Source: Trichoplax adhaerens | Lineage: Eukaryota > Animalia > Placozoa | NCBI RefSeq assembly: GCF_000150275.1 | Contig: NW_002060947.1 | Coordinates: 7,735,880-7,799,879 of the forward strand | Length of the DNA: 64,000 bases | Direction: 5' to 3' | Shown: positions 53,614-64,000 of the stretch, in pieces | How positions within the stretch are numbered: the stretch's first letter is position 1 | How the letters are laid out: the number at the start of each line of letters is the position of its first letter | Made by a program: the position numbers and the translations under genes | The notes under the pieces: model-generated | What the model was told of the DNA's origin: nothing | The model's input: the letters and a program-made list of their open reading frames with translations, nothing else | The model's database searches: none

Positions 53614-56388
53614 ATGATGCGATATTGTCTATATAGTATTATTGCCATATTCCTAAACATTACTCCTAGAATAACATCACAAAATTACTTACATGGCGTA
53701 AGACCTCAATCATCCGATCCACCGACTTTTGCCTTCCTTAATGGTGATTTAATCATTGGTGGATTAGTAGCACCTCATATATGGTATAATTGGACTAGTA
53801 AAACTTGCTATAATCTGGCTTTCTCCGATATTAAACGCACCCAAGCTATCATTTACGCTATCGAACAAATTAATCAAGATAAACAGCTATTACCTAACAT
53901 TAAACTTGGCTACGATTTACGCGACACATGCGATACAGCAAATTTAGCTTCAATCCAAGCTCTACATTTTATCACCAAATCAATAGAAGGCGACCATCAA
54001 AGTTGTTTTCAACCTAGCGAGCTCTCAAAGCAGCCATCTACAAATGGTAGAGCTTCTGGATATCATCGTAATAAAATAGTCGGCATAGTTGGCGCCTTGC
54101 GTACTAAAGGATCGTTCGCTGCTGCTACCATACTTAGCAATTTTGACTTAGCTCAAGTGAGCTACGGCTCAAGTAGTCGTATATTAGATGATAAAGAACG
54201 TTTTAAAACATTTTTTCGCACAATTCCATCCGATATTTACCAAGCACGAGCTCTTGTCGACATCATAAAATATTTTCAATGGAGTTATGTTGGACTACTA
54301 GCTATTGATGATGGCTACGGCGAAATGTTGGCAAGTACTTTCACATCCATAGCGCTTCAAAATAGCATATGTATACCAGTTTATCGTACATTTCCACTCA
54401 AATGGACCAAAAAGCATCTGCGTGAAATCATTAAACAATTTGTAAAACTGACCGAAATTAAAGTCATTCTCTTGTTTTGTACAGAAACTGATGCATCAGC
54501 AATATTTGAAGAAGCATCACGGCAAAATCTAAAAGGTAAAATATTTATTGGTTGTGATGCTTGGGGATATGGTCGCAATATAGCTAACAAATTTCCTGAT
54601 GTGATTGAAGGAGCACTATCTGTCGCGTTTCCTTTCAATCCATTATTAGCTTTTCGTCGCTACTTGCAAAGATTAAATATATGCGAAAAAGAAAATCTTA
54701 ACCCGTGGCTGTTTCAATTTTTATTACAACAACAAAATAATATCACTCTAGGAAAAGAGCTTGATTGTAAACTAATGCAGGAATTGTATCTGCAACTTCT
54801 ACAACAGGATTCACAAGATCCATTAGAGTATTCAGATTTTGCGATTGATGCTGTTTATGCCGTTGCTCATGCATTACATCAGTCTTTACATTGTAATCAT
54901 ACCGCCTGCCCTCTTCATAATTTAGATGAATTTAAATCGAGCGATATTGTTAATGCCCTCTATAATTTAACGTTCAAGTCTGTAACCTCAAATTATGTTT
55001 ATATCGACGGAAACGGTCCTGGCCATGGAGAATATACAATATTAAATCATCAATACGACAGTAAATCGAATCAATTTCAATTTAAGCCCATCGGCCGATG
55101 GGAATATGACTTACGCCATGAAAATATTAGTAAACTGATCATCAATAATTCAGAAGTATCATGGTCACGACAACAAAAATTGCCATTTATACCAATATCA
55201 CAGTGTTCTCGAGACTGCCAACCAGGAGAATATCGTCAATATTTCACTGATATGAATTGCTGCTGGAATTGTTTACCATGTCCGATAAATTCCATATCTA
55301 ACATAACTAATGCTCACATGTGCTATACTTGCGATGTAGGATTGATACCCGATCCGACACAATCGCAATGTATTTTAGTTAATATCACCTACCTAACGAT
55401 ATCCCATCCGCTGATTATTACCTTAATAGTTATCATTAGCATTGGTATTATATGTGTGTTAGCTGTATGGTCAGTTTTTATAAAGCATCAGCAGACAGCT
55501 ATCGTCAGAGCATCTAATAATCTATTTACCAATTGCTTGTTAGCTGGTATACTACTAACCTATACAGTACCCGTCATAATTATCTTGCCGATATCATCAT
55601 TAACTTGTAATTTAACCTATATCACCTTTATGACATCTTTTGCCTATATAATGGCCGTAATATTAGCTAAAACGTATCTGTTAATTAAGATTTTCTTTCC
55701 TCAAAGTCGGTTAGATAAAATTATGCGGAAAATATTATGCAGTAGAAGTGCGCCACAGTCTACAATCATTGTCATCATCATGACTATAGTTACTTTAGTA
55801 CAAGTTGTAGTATTAACTGCAGACCCATTAATGCCAGCACGATATGTTTCCAACAATGAACTAGTTTATGCATATTGTACAGCCAATACTATGAGCGGTT
55901 TTGGCTTGACTATTTCTATATTATTGGCGCTAAATACAATGTGCATCATATTTGCATATAAAACTCGTAGATTACCGCAAAACTTTAATGAAGCTCGATA
56001 TATATATTTCGTATCTATTACTATGTGCTTAGTGTTATGTGTAATTTTTCCGTCCTATTTGGTTACACGGGGACCAATTCAAAATGCAATTGCAGCCTTT
56101 AGTATTTTTGCCATTTCCACAGCTCTATTAGCTTGTTTATTTGTTCCCAAAATCTACATCATAATTTGTTATCCTGAGCTAAATACGAAACAGCAGGTAG
56201 TATCAGAAGTAGCTCATTTTAGTCTTTCAGCTACCGAACGAAAGAAACTACCTGAAAATAATGATTACGTCTTTATTGGAAGAAAGAAATCAGTTGTATG
56301 CCATTCATCAGTAAACCAATCAACTGTGGTTCGTTGTAATTCGACTAGAAGTAATGAATCAAAAATACCTGTAGAAAGTATGGTATAG
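53614..56388 (+). CDS. Intronless class C GPCR (CaSR/mGluR/V2R-like): signal peptide, Venus flytrap, Cys-rich domain, 7TM
   Basis: 924 aa single ORF. Motifs: GDLIIGGL, AIEQINQDKQLLPNIKLGYDLRDTC, QVSYGSSS..LDDKERFKTFFRTIPSD..QA, FQWSYVG, DAVYAVAHALH, SQCSRDCQPG..CCWNCLPC, TAIVRAS, KTRRLPQNFNEARYI, LFVPKIYII. Confidence 0.96.
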   Translation: MMRYCLYSIIAIFLNITPRITSQNYLHGVRPQSSDPPTFAFLNGDLIIGGLVAPHIWYNWTSKTCYNLAFSDIKRTQAIIYAIEQINQDKQLLPNIKLGYDLRDTCDTANLASIQALHFITKSIEGDHQSCFQPSELSKQPSTNGRASGYHRNKIVGIVGALRTKGSFAAATILSNFDLAQVSYGSSSRILDDKERFKTFFRTIPSDIYQARALVDIIKYFQWSYVGLLAIDDGYGEMLASTFTSIALQNSICIPVYRTFPLKWTKKHLREIIKQFVKLTEIKVILLFCTETDASAIFEEASRQNLKGKIFIGCDAWGYGRNIANKFPDVIEGALSVAFPFNPLLAFRRYLQRLNICEKENLNPWLFQFLLQQQNNITLGKELDCKLMQELYLQLLQQDSQDPLEYSDFAIDAVYAVAHALHQSLHCNHTACPLHNLDEFKSSDIVNALYNLTFKSVTSNYVYIDGNGPGHGEYTILNHQYDSKSNQFQFKPIGRWEYDLRHENISKLIINNSEVSWSRQQKLPFIPISQCSRDCQPGEYRQYFTDMNCCWNCLPCPINSISNITNAHMCYTCDVGLIPDPTQSQCILVNITYLTISHPLIITLIVIISIGIICVLAVWSVFIKHQQTAIVRASNNLFTNCLLAGILLTYTVPVIIILPISSLTCNLTYITFMTSFAYIMAVILAKTYLLIKIFFPQSRLDKIMRKILCSRSAPQSTIIVIIMTIVTLVQVVVLTADPLMPARYVSNNELVYAYCTANTMSGFGLTISILLALNTMCIIFAYKTRRLPQNFNEARYIYFVSITMCLVLCVIFPSYLVTRGPIQNAIAAFSIFAISTALLACLFVPKIYIIICYPELNTKQQVVSEVAHFSLSATERKKLPENNDYVFIGRKKSVVCHSSVNQSTVVRCNSTRSNESKIPVESMV

Positions 56389-59344
56389 CAGTTATCCTAC
56401 CCCTTTAAGTTTAGAAAATCTCTACTTCTGAGCAATTTGCCATTAATTGAATTTTGCTGTAGCATTAATGAAAACATTTCTAAATAAAATCTTAAAAATA
56501 AGATTCTCAACAAGAAGAATTTATAGTCATTTCTTAGCGAAGGGTATTGCGTAAAAGCAGTAAAAAATATGCTAATCATATAAGCTTCAAATACGATTCT
56601 AAAAATAGTAAATAATTCTTATCCACTACTTAAGATATCAATTCTGGATATCGTTACTCTTTGAATACTGAAGCTTTTAACATGAAAGCCAAAACAGAGA
56701 GACTCAAGCTTTTAATTCAGAACTTTTATATGATAAGTGCATTATATATTATGTTATTAAATAACGTAATTTTATATGATCAGTATCATAATAGCATATC
56801 AATTAAATGGATGCTAAGTTGCAACGGCATCTTGAATGAAGAACAATCTGAAGACACTGTATGTCATCCTTAAGGTTGCAGTCAGCTAATAAAATTATAA
56901 ATTCCGATAAAGGCATACTATTTTGTCTATATTTTTGCATTTTGTTATTCAGATTTGCGATATAATAGCATATTTCAACATTAATAAATCTACATTATCT
57001 ATAGTCGTCTATCGTAGTATCCAATCTCAGTGTAATTAAGCTACGATGCTATCATCTGCTCCTTAATATTTTAATCGATAATATATTGTTAATGCCACTT
57101 TCGATATTGTCAAATATAGTTTTTACATCCTTACGATTAGAATACTAGAATAATATATGCGAACATATGATGCTAAATTAGAACATTTAATGAATCAAGC
57201 ACACCGTCTTAAATATCGTAATCATTTCAGTCCACTCAATAATTAAAGAAATGGATTTTATATTGATAATTTAAAACCTTAGGCTATAGTTCCAATTTTG
57301 TCGCTCATGTGATTTCCGATGTTCTCTTGTAGAAAGTCTATGATGTCATTTATTTAAAAAATCTAGAAGAGGTAGCAAAAATATATTCTTTAATACTTTC
57401 ATAATTGTTACTTTAATTACTTTAATCAACAGTTTTACGTCACGAATACCGCTATGAATTTATTACTGCAGCCTTTAACCCTTCATGTCACGAATGTCAT
57501 CGTGAATTTACTACGGTAGTCCTTTAACTTATATTTTAACGCTTTTATCTTCATTTAAGAAAGTTGCTCTGAATGTTTAGTTTCAACTATGAAATCATTA
57601 CGCGATTTTCTAACTATTACTACCAATGAAAAGTGGTTATGAATACAGCATTGAGCTTGAGATGTATTTCTATGATTTTCTATCTAGAAATATCGTTACT
57701 ATAGCTTAATATCACTGCAGAACTCACATTTATTTAATAAGATTAGTATGAGCCACTCTTGCTTACCGAACTTTCTTTGCATTCACTCCTATTAATATTG
57801 ATTTTAGTAAATCAAGATACCATCAATATAGCATGTGAAACTGATGGCTAATCATAATTTGATTATGTAAGGTCCAGCATAATCGATACCGTTGTTAATG
57901 ATAACAATCATTAGAAAACGTTCCAACTAACGAAATTCTAGGCATTCTTTGAAATTAAAAATCGTACATATAAAAGTTACTTAAATTTGCAACTTTTTAT
58001 TCTATATCGCGAAACTGTCTATTTCGGGCAATTCATTTGTGCATATACGATTTATGATTTCTAAATTGTAGTCCGTATCATTCAATTGAATTGTATCTTT
58101 TAAGGTTCTGTGCGTAAATCGAAAATAACGTTAAAATGATTTATAACCATTTTTATTGCCCTCTGCTAGTTTACGACTACCAAAAACTTAACGAGGATTA
58201 TGAAACAAAAATAATTTGGGTAATACGTGCAGTCTATGGCAATTAATGTAACTTAAGTGCATTTATATTATATTACTCCTTTCTAATTTAAGATTAGGCA
58301 CAATGTAAAGAAGTAACATTTATTAACAATATATTACTATTAATCTCTGCTGTCTAATGCAGTAATATAATCGGACTTTTATTACACATCTTATGCACAT
58401 AATGTAGAAGCTGATTTACTAGATTTGATTGTAAATTAAGCCCTTTCAAGATTGTGATGTAACTGATTACAAAATTCCAAATTTTGTAGAAAATTAGGAC
58501 TTTATTAGATCTTTATACAAAGATAATCTGCACACAGCTATACTATCTACTAGATAGACTTCTTCACAGAACTGCTAAATAATCTAAAAGCTGCCAGCTT
58601 AAATACACTTGGTAGCATTTGTAGCTACAATCTGCAAAGCGATATTTTACCTTATTTTACAAATTTTTAGATTATTATTAGCAACATTTTACGGTGAACC
58701 ATCTATAATACAATATGGTAACAACCACTGCATTTATGCAGACATTATTTCTACCAGCCAAAGTACGATGAACTAACTATATCCATATTTACCTTTAGCA
58801 TCAATAGTGATTTAATGTCTTAATGTATTCGGCCATCTTTACTCTAACATGGAATCTTAAATTACAGTCTATGGCTATGAGCTACTAAATATAGAAAGCT
58901 ACCCTACCGTACTCTATACTAAACATGTTTGACAATCTATAACCCAATCCTTAGCTATATTGCAAAGATAAACTGCAGTGACACAACACTGCTCTACTTA
59001 TTATGCAGTGGTATTACCTGCAAATGAAATAGAACAAAATCATAAAACCGGAAAGGATGAAAGTTTATTCCATTTATGTTGTGTAAGATTAAGAGAAAAT
59101 CATTTCTATTAAATATTTAAGACCTTTCCTATTATTTTAATTGCAAATCGTCACATTACTGTAATATATTGAATCACACCAAATACCTTATTTAAACATA
59201 GTAATATTACTCTAAAAATATTTTGTGTATTTTTGGCCTTGTACAGTACGAAGCATAAATATAAGTTTGTTAACTACATATTTTTACTTAAAGAAGTAAT
59301 TGTTAAGGGGTTTCTATTAGCAATATGCAGGCTACACGACTAAG

Positions 59345-62300
59345 TTAAGTTCTTTTCTTGAATGAAATTTGAATATTAGCATCAGGTGCTAGAACCAAAC
59401 GGCTGATTAATCCTACTTCTTCCTTATTCTTACATTCTATTTTAAACTCCGATATCAGCTAAAAAAAAGTAAAATATTGATGCAATTTTTATCGTAGTAG
59501 TTCGAGGGACACAATTATACTAGCGGAAATATAAAATTGAAGTTAATATTGAATACTGTAATTTACAAACCCTTGCGATTAACAAATGTATTTCAAGCTC
59601 TGCTATACGACGCCCTATACACATTCGTGGACCATAACCAAAGGGCAAATGGGCAAAACGATTGACCTTCAAGCCAGTATAAGATCGGGCCCATCTTTCG
59701 GGTTTAATTTTATGCGGTTCGTCGTATATTTGAGGATTAAAAGACATGGCATAGATACCATTGACTACGATTGTCTGATGATATTAATTAAATAAGAAGT
59801 AAAAGGAATATCGTAAGTAGGTGTAGTAGCGTTTAAGTAAATACAAACTTTTATACCGTTACGATTACTACAAACTAGGAAATTTCGTAAAATCTAAACA
59901 GCAACATACCAGGTCATCATTATTTACTGATCTGTAGTAATATGCCCTTAATAATATTACTTTCGATAGAAAATATCATCTAAATAGTTGTCTCCTAAAT
60001 AACAATGCCATTCACATTGGTCTAATTTATTTAAATTGAAATATTTCAAAATATGACTATTCTTTACGATAAAATTAATTGCGAAGAGAATAGTACAATA
60101 AGTTTGTTATTTAAAATTATAAATTGCGATTGGACAAACCTTAGCTGGAACATGATATCCACATAGTACTGCATCTTTTGCAATTTCGCGAATTGGGGCG
60201 TATATAACCGGATAAATTCTATTGCAAATCATGATTAAGTGTGAGCTTAAATATGGCTATATTCTATTCGATGTGTTCATATTAAATTTGTAATGCTGTT
60301 CAAAGTTGCAAGCTAGAAATTATAATACCGTTGACCTTCTTTTACCAGGCCTCTAAGGTAGGGCATATTTTGAACTGACTCAGCATCCGGGTACTTTGAA
60401 TTTTGAAGTACACCTGAGACTTCGTTATAAAGCTTTTCTTGTATGTCTGGATGTTTTCCTAAGATGTATAAAGCCCAAAGCACTGTATTGGCAGACTAAA
60501 ATAAAAACAATTGAGAAAATTATGTAATTGATCAAAGTTGCGGTGTCGCTTTAAAAAAAATATTACCAACATTATCAAATATAAATGAGATATTTATGAT
60601 GATTGAACAACATATCAGCAAATGAATTAGTCAGTCGAATTTGAAAAGTTACGAAGATTGATGAAGTACTTTTATGTTGTTACAATCACAAGCCATTACG
60701 GTAATAAATTAGTAATCGTAAACGAATAATAACACTGTTATCCTAGCTAACCGTATCTACACCACCGCCCATTATTTCCACCACGTTAGCTGAAACTTCC
60801 TCTTCGCTTAATTCCTCTTTTAATAGCACATAGGGCAAAAATTCTAATTCTTCGCTACGCCACCGATCTTTGTCCTTGCCAAGTGATTGAATTTCCTTTT
60901 GCAATTTTTGCGTCTCTTCTTTCACCAGTTGATCTCCAATTTCAAATAAGGTATCCCAATCATGGCAATATTTCTTCCAGAATCGAGTCTTGAAGTATTT
61001 ATAGTATGCTGGAGCATACAAAAGGGAATATGTTCCTTCCAGCATATTAATTACGCTGTTAAAAAATTTCTGAGCAAAGGGAAGCGGCGGATCATTAAGC
61101 GTGCCAAGTCGTTTATTGTAGATAACTGAATTTATAGCTAAGGAATGTAATCAACAACATGAATTTAATATGCAGCATATAGAAAATTATTTTTTCTATC
61201 CGTATGAAGCCTTAAAAATACACAAAGTTTTATAGTTGATCTAATTACAGCATTAGAACATTGATTCCATATCTTCTAATATCAATAGCTTTAACTTGCA
61301 ATAGATATTTTGATAATTGCTTGCTGTACTTATTAGTCGTTTCTGAGTATAAGTCGTCAATTGATTTATTCCTATACTTACTCTCGAATGACCATTTGTA
61401 AAGGTACTGGCGAAACTCTACTTCGCCGCTTTCAAGGCAGTCTTTGTTGGACTGAATGTAGCGAATAAAGTCGGTGATAATATCGTTCATTCTTTCTGCA
61501 TAAGCACTAACATCTTTTACTTTTAATAATTTCTTGTCGATAATACTGCGAGCTTTTCTCCACTCTTTGCCGTCTCTGTAAAAAGAAAGAGTTAAATTAT
61601 AGATGTAAATACAAGAACGAATTAGATATGATATTTTAGAAATAAGGTGAATATTGCAGCTATACTGAATCCTATCTAGAGAGTTATAATCTAATTCATA
61701 TCCATGATATAGATACGATCTCTTTAATTCTCTTGTATGATAATCGTAATCTACTAGCTGATAATCCTAGTAAAGAACAATAATAGTAACTCATATAATT
61801 ACAATTAATAGTTCTACGGTTGAGATTGATTACGAACAAAGACGATATAGAATCTAAGATAATTTAAGTAAATTTCAACTGTTGCAAGCATGAAAAGGCA
61901 ATTAAAATGATATGTATTAGCAGATAGACGGTCTTATTAGCTTAATAAGATATTATCGTGCTATTATCTTTGATGCTGCCACAAACGAATATGTACGAGT
62001 ACATTCTACGCTATTATTAACGGTGTTTAGGCCATTTTGATGATACAGGTTATATGATAACTTCAGTTGAATGGCAAGTTCTATATGTGATCGAGGACAA
62101 TATAAGTACATGCTGGATGACAACTGCCGTAAGCATGCAACGGCAAGTAAAATGATATAGATAGTATTAATATAGTAGGATATTATTGTGCTACTATCCT
62201 TGACGTGGCCCGCATACGAACTCTTTTGCAACAACCTTATTTTAATGATTGGTTTGTGGTAATGATGCTTAGGCCATTTTGGTAGTCATTTCGATGCAAA

Positions 62301-62989
62301 ATATAGATCAATCTTAGTAATACATATGGACGCTTGCATGATAATGACTCCATGTATTCAATATTTTAGACGATAGCAAGTCAATATGTGTTCCATTCGA
62401 AGGGATTTCCTATTTCTGTCAAGGAAGTAATAATACAGGAGCAGTATCGCAGGTAATAAGGAAGTAGCGGGCTTCAAGGATCGCTTCAATTGATTTGACC
62501 GCAAGTGGAGTAAAATTGGATTTAACAATTCATATTAAGTATTCCCAGAAGTATGATGATAGTGCATTACCCTACAGCGATGCCTTTAGCTCTTTTACTT
62601 TGCATTCTGTGATGGATGAAAGGTTTCACCAGACCTCTAGTCGGATATGTTCCTTCAGCACTATAGATTTTAGAAATCTCGTTTGGATCGGTTACGACCA
62701 CAGTTTGCCAGGTAAATATCTTTTGTTTATAAATTGGACCATACTTTTTAGTATTTTCCAGAAGTAAAAGATGCGGTCTTTTAAGATAGTAGCTATCATT
62801 TCGTAGAAATGTCATCAGATCCCCTATTATTGGCAGACCTTTCGGTCCAGGAATTTGATGAAAAGGTTTAGTATTACATTCAACTTGCGTGTCGCTACCA
62901 ATCGCTGTCGATGTAGCGGATCGAATGGATACTTGTCGATACAAAGTATTCCATCGTTGCAGGTAAGGAACGGATAGTTTCCACTTCAT
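59345..62989 (-). CDS. Cytochrome P450, mitochondrial clan, 7 exons
   Basis: Exons about 62989-62571, 61575-61381, 61137-60752, 60495-60329, 60218-60140, 59774-59571 and 59458-59345. Arg/Ser/Thr-rich N-terminus without a TM anchor, PFHQIPGPKGLPIIG, GKEWRKAR, I-helix GGVDT, K-helix EGQR, PERW, and heme motif PFGYGPRMCIGRRIAELE (GRR after the Cys is typical of the mitochondrial clan). Confidence 0.94.
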
Positions 62990-63114
62990 ACTGTTCTAAT
63001 CTTACTCAATATCACTGCCTTTCTAGCGTAATTCTTTCTGCCGTTGAATCTTCCTTTCTAATAATTAATAACATTAGTTTAGTCGAGAATTTGTTATCTG
63101 TGAAAGACTTGCAA

Positions 63115-63441
63115 GTAAATGATATTATTCACAGCCGGAAAAAAAAATATCGACACCAATTAGAGTAAATCCTATAGTATGCAGTCCGTATGATCACAAG
63201 TCTCGGTCTATAACGGTACAGTGAATGTAAATGATATTATTCAGAGCCGGAAAAAAATATCGGCACCAATTAGAGTAGATCCGTCAGTGTACTGTCCGTA
63301 TGATCACAAGTCTCGGTCAGTTTTAACGGTACTTTGAATGTAAATGATATTAATCAGAGCCGGAAAGAAATATCGGCACTAATTAGAGTAAATCCGTCAG
63401 TATGCTGTCCGTATGATCACAAGTCTCAGTCTATACGGTAC
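63115..63441. repeat. Three tandem copies of a ~112 bp unit starting about 125 bp upstream of the CYP start codon
   Basis: gtaaatgatatta.tca.agccggaaa..tatcg.cac.aattagagta.atcc..gtccgtatgatcacaagtctc.gtc at about 63115, 63227 and 63340. Confidence 0.92.
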
Positions 63442-64000
63442 AAATACATAGTTCGTAACTAAGATCTCTTGGACTGCAGTATACGTACAACGAAATTTTT
63501 GCTACCTATTAATTCCATGGTAACCCCACTGACAAAATCGATTGCCATATCTACAGCTTCAATTTTATTATTATTTATTTTATAAATGCTAGATCCTTTA
63601 CTTAATAATTGTAATTGTAAGAGTTATGGTGAGTACAGTCAAGTGTATTTTTTTGGAATAGAAGCAGTCTAGTACAACTCTACTGGTATTCCATTTAGAA
63701 GTCCTGATTCCGACCAAGGACTGCTGAGGAAAAAAACACCAGTAGAGTAGTTAGTATTCTTACCCTAACAATTTTCTTCATACAGTACCCGAATGGAATA
63801 CGATACGATACCATACTATGATAATCTTGAATGAACAATGCTATCAAAATGCAGTTCATGATTCTTGGAATTTTATTTATTGATAGAATAAGATATTGTT
63901 TATGTTTATCGACTTAGTTCAACCGTGAGATGAGGAAGAAATTTGCATAATTACTTTACTGTGTTAACCTTGGAGTTATAATTCGTAAAATCGGTATGCT

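Noticed and set aside
54381-54638. Antisense ORF in the GPCR (likewise 35407-35607, 59586-59795, 62495-62767)
   Set aside because: These are shadow ORFs opposite real coding exons.

Overview
AT-rich, intron-dense eukaryotic genomic DNA. The gene content and compact introns point to an early-branching animal, most plausibly a placozoan (Trichoplax-like); this is inference, not a database result. I built eight protein-coding gene models by hand from splice sites and phase checks. In order they are: FRMD4-like FERM protein (-, 3'-partial); DOCK3/4-like Rac GEF (-); a compact RSBN1/DPY-21-like JmjC H4K20 demethylase (+); a WAC-DDT-WHIM ISWI partner that seems to lack the PHD and bromodomain of animal BAZ1A/BAZ1B (-); a type I membrane FN3 + C-type lectin receptor (+); EMC3 (-); an intronless CaSR/mGluR-like class C GPCR (+); and a mitochondrial-clan cytochrome P450 (-). 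The main unexplained structure is non-coding. Six mutually unrelated 95-220 bp repeat arrays each sit near a gene 5' end, several with internal hairpins, and GTAC/TACTGTA-rich islands lie upstream of three genes. I found no CRISPR array, tRNA, rRNA or intact transposon.
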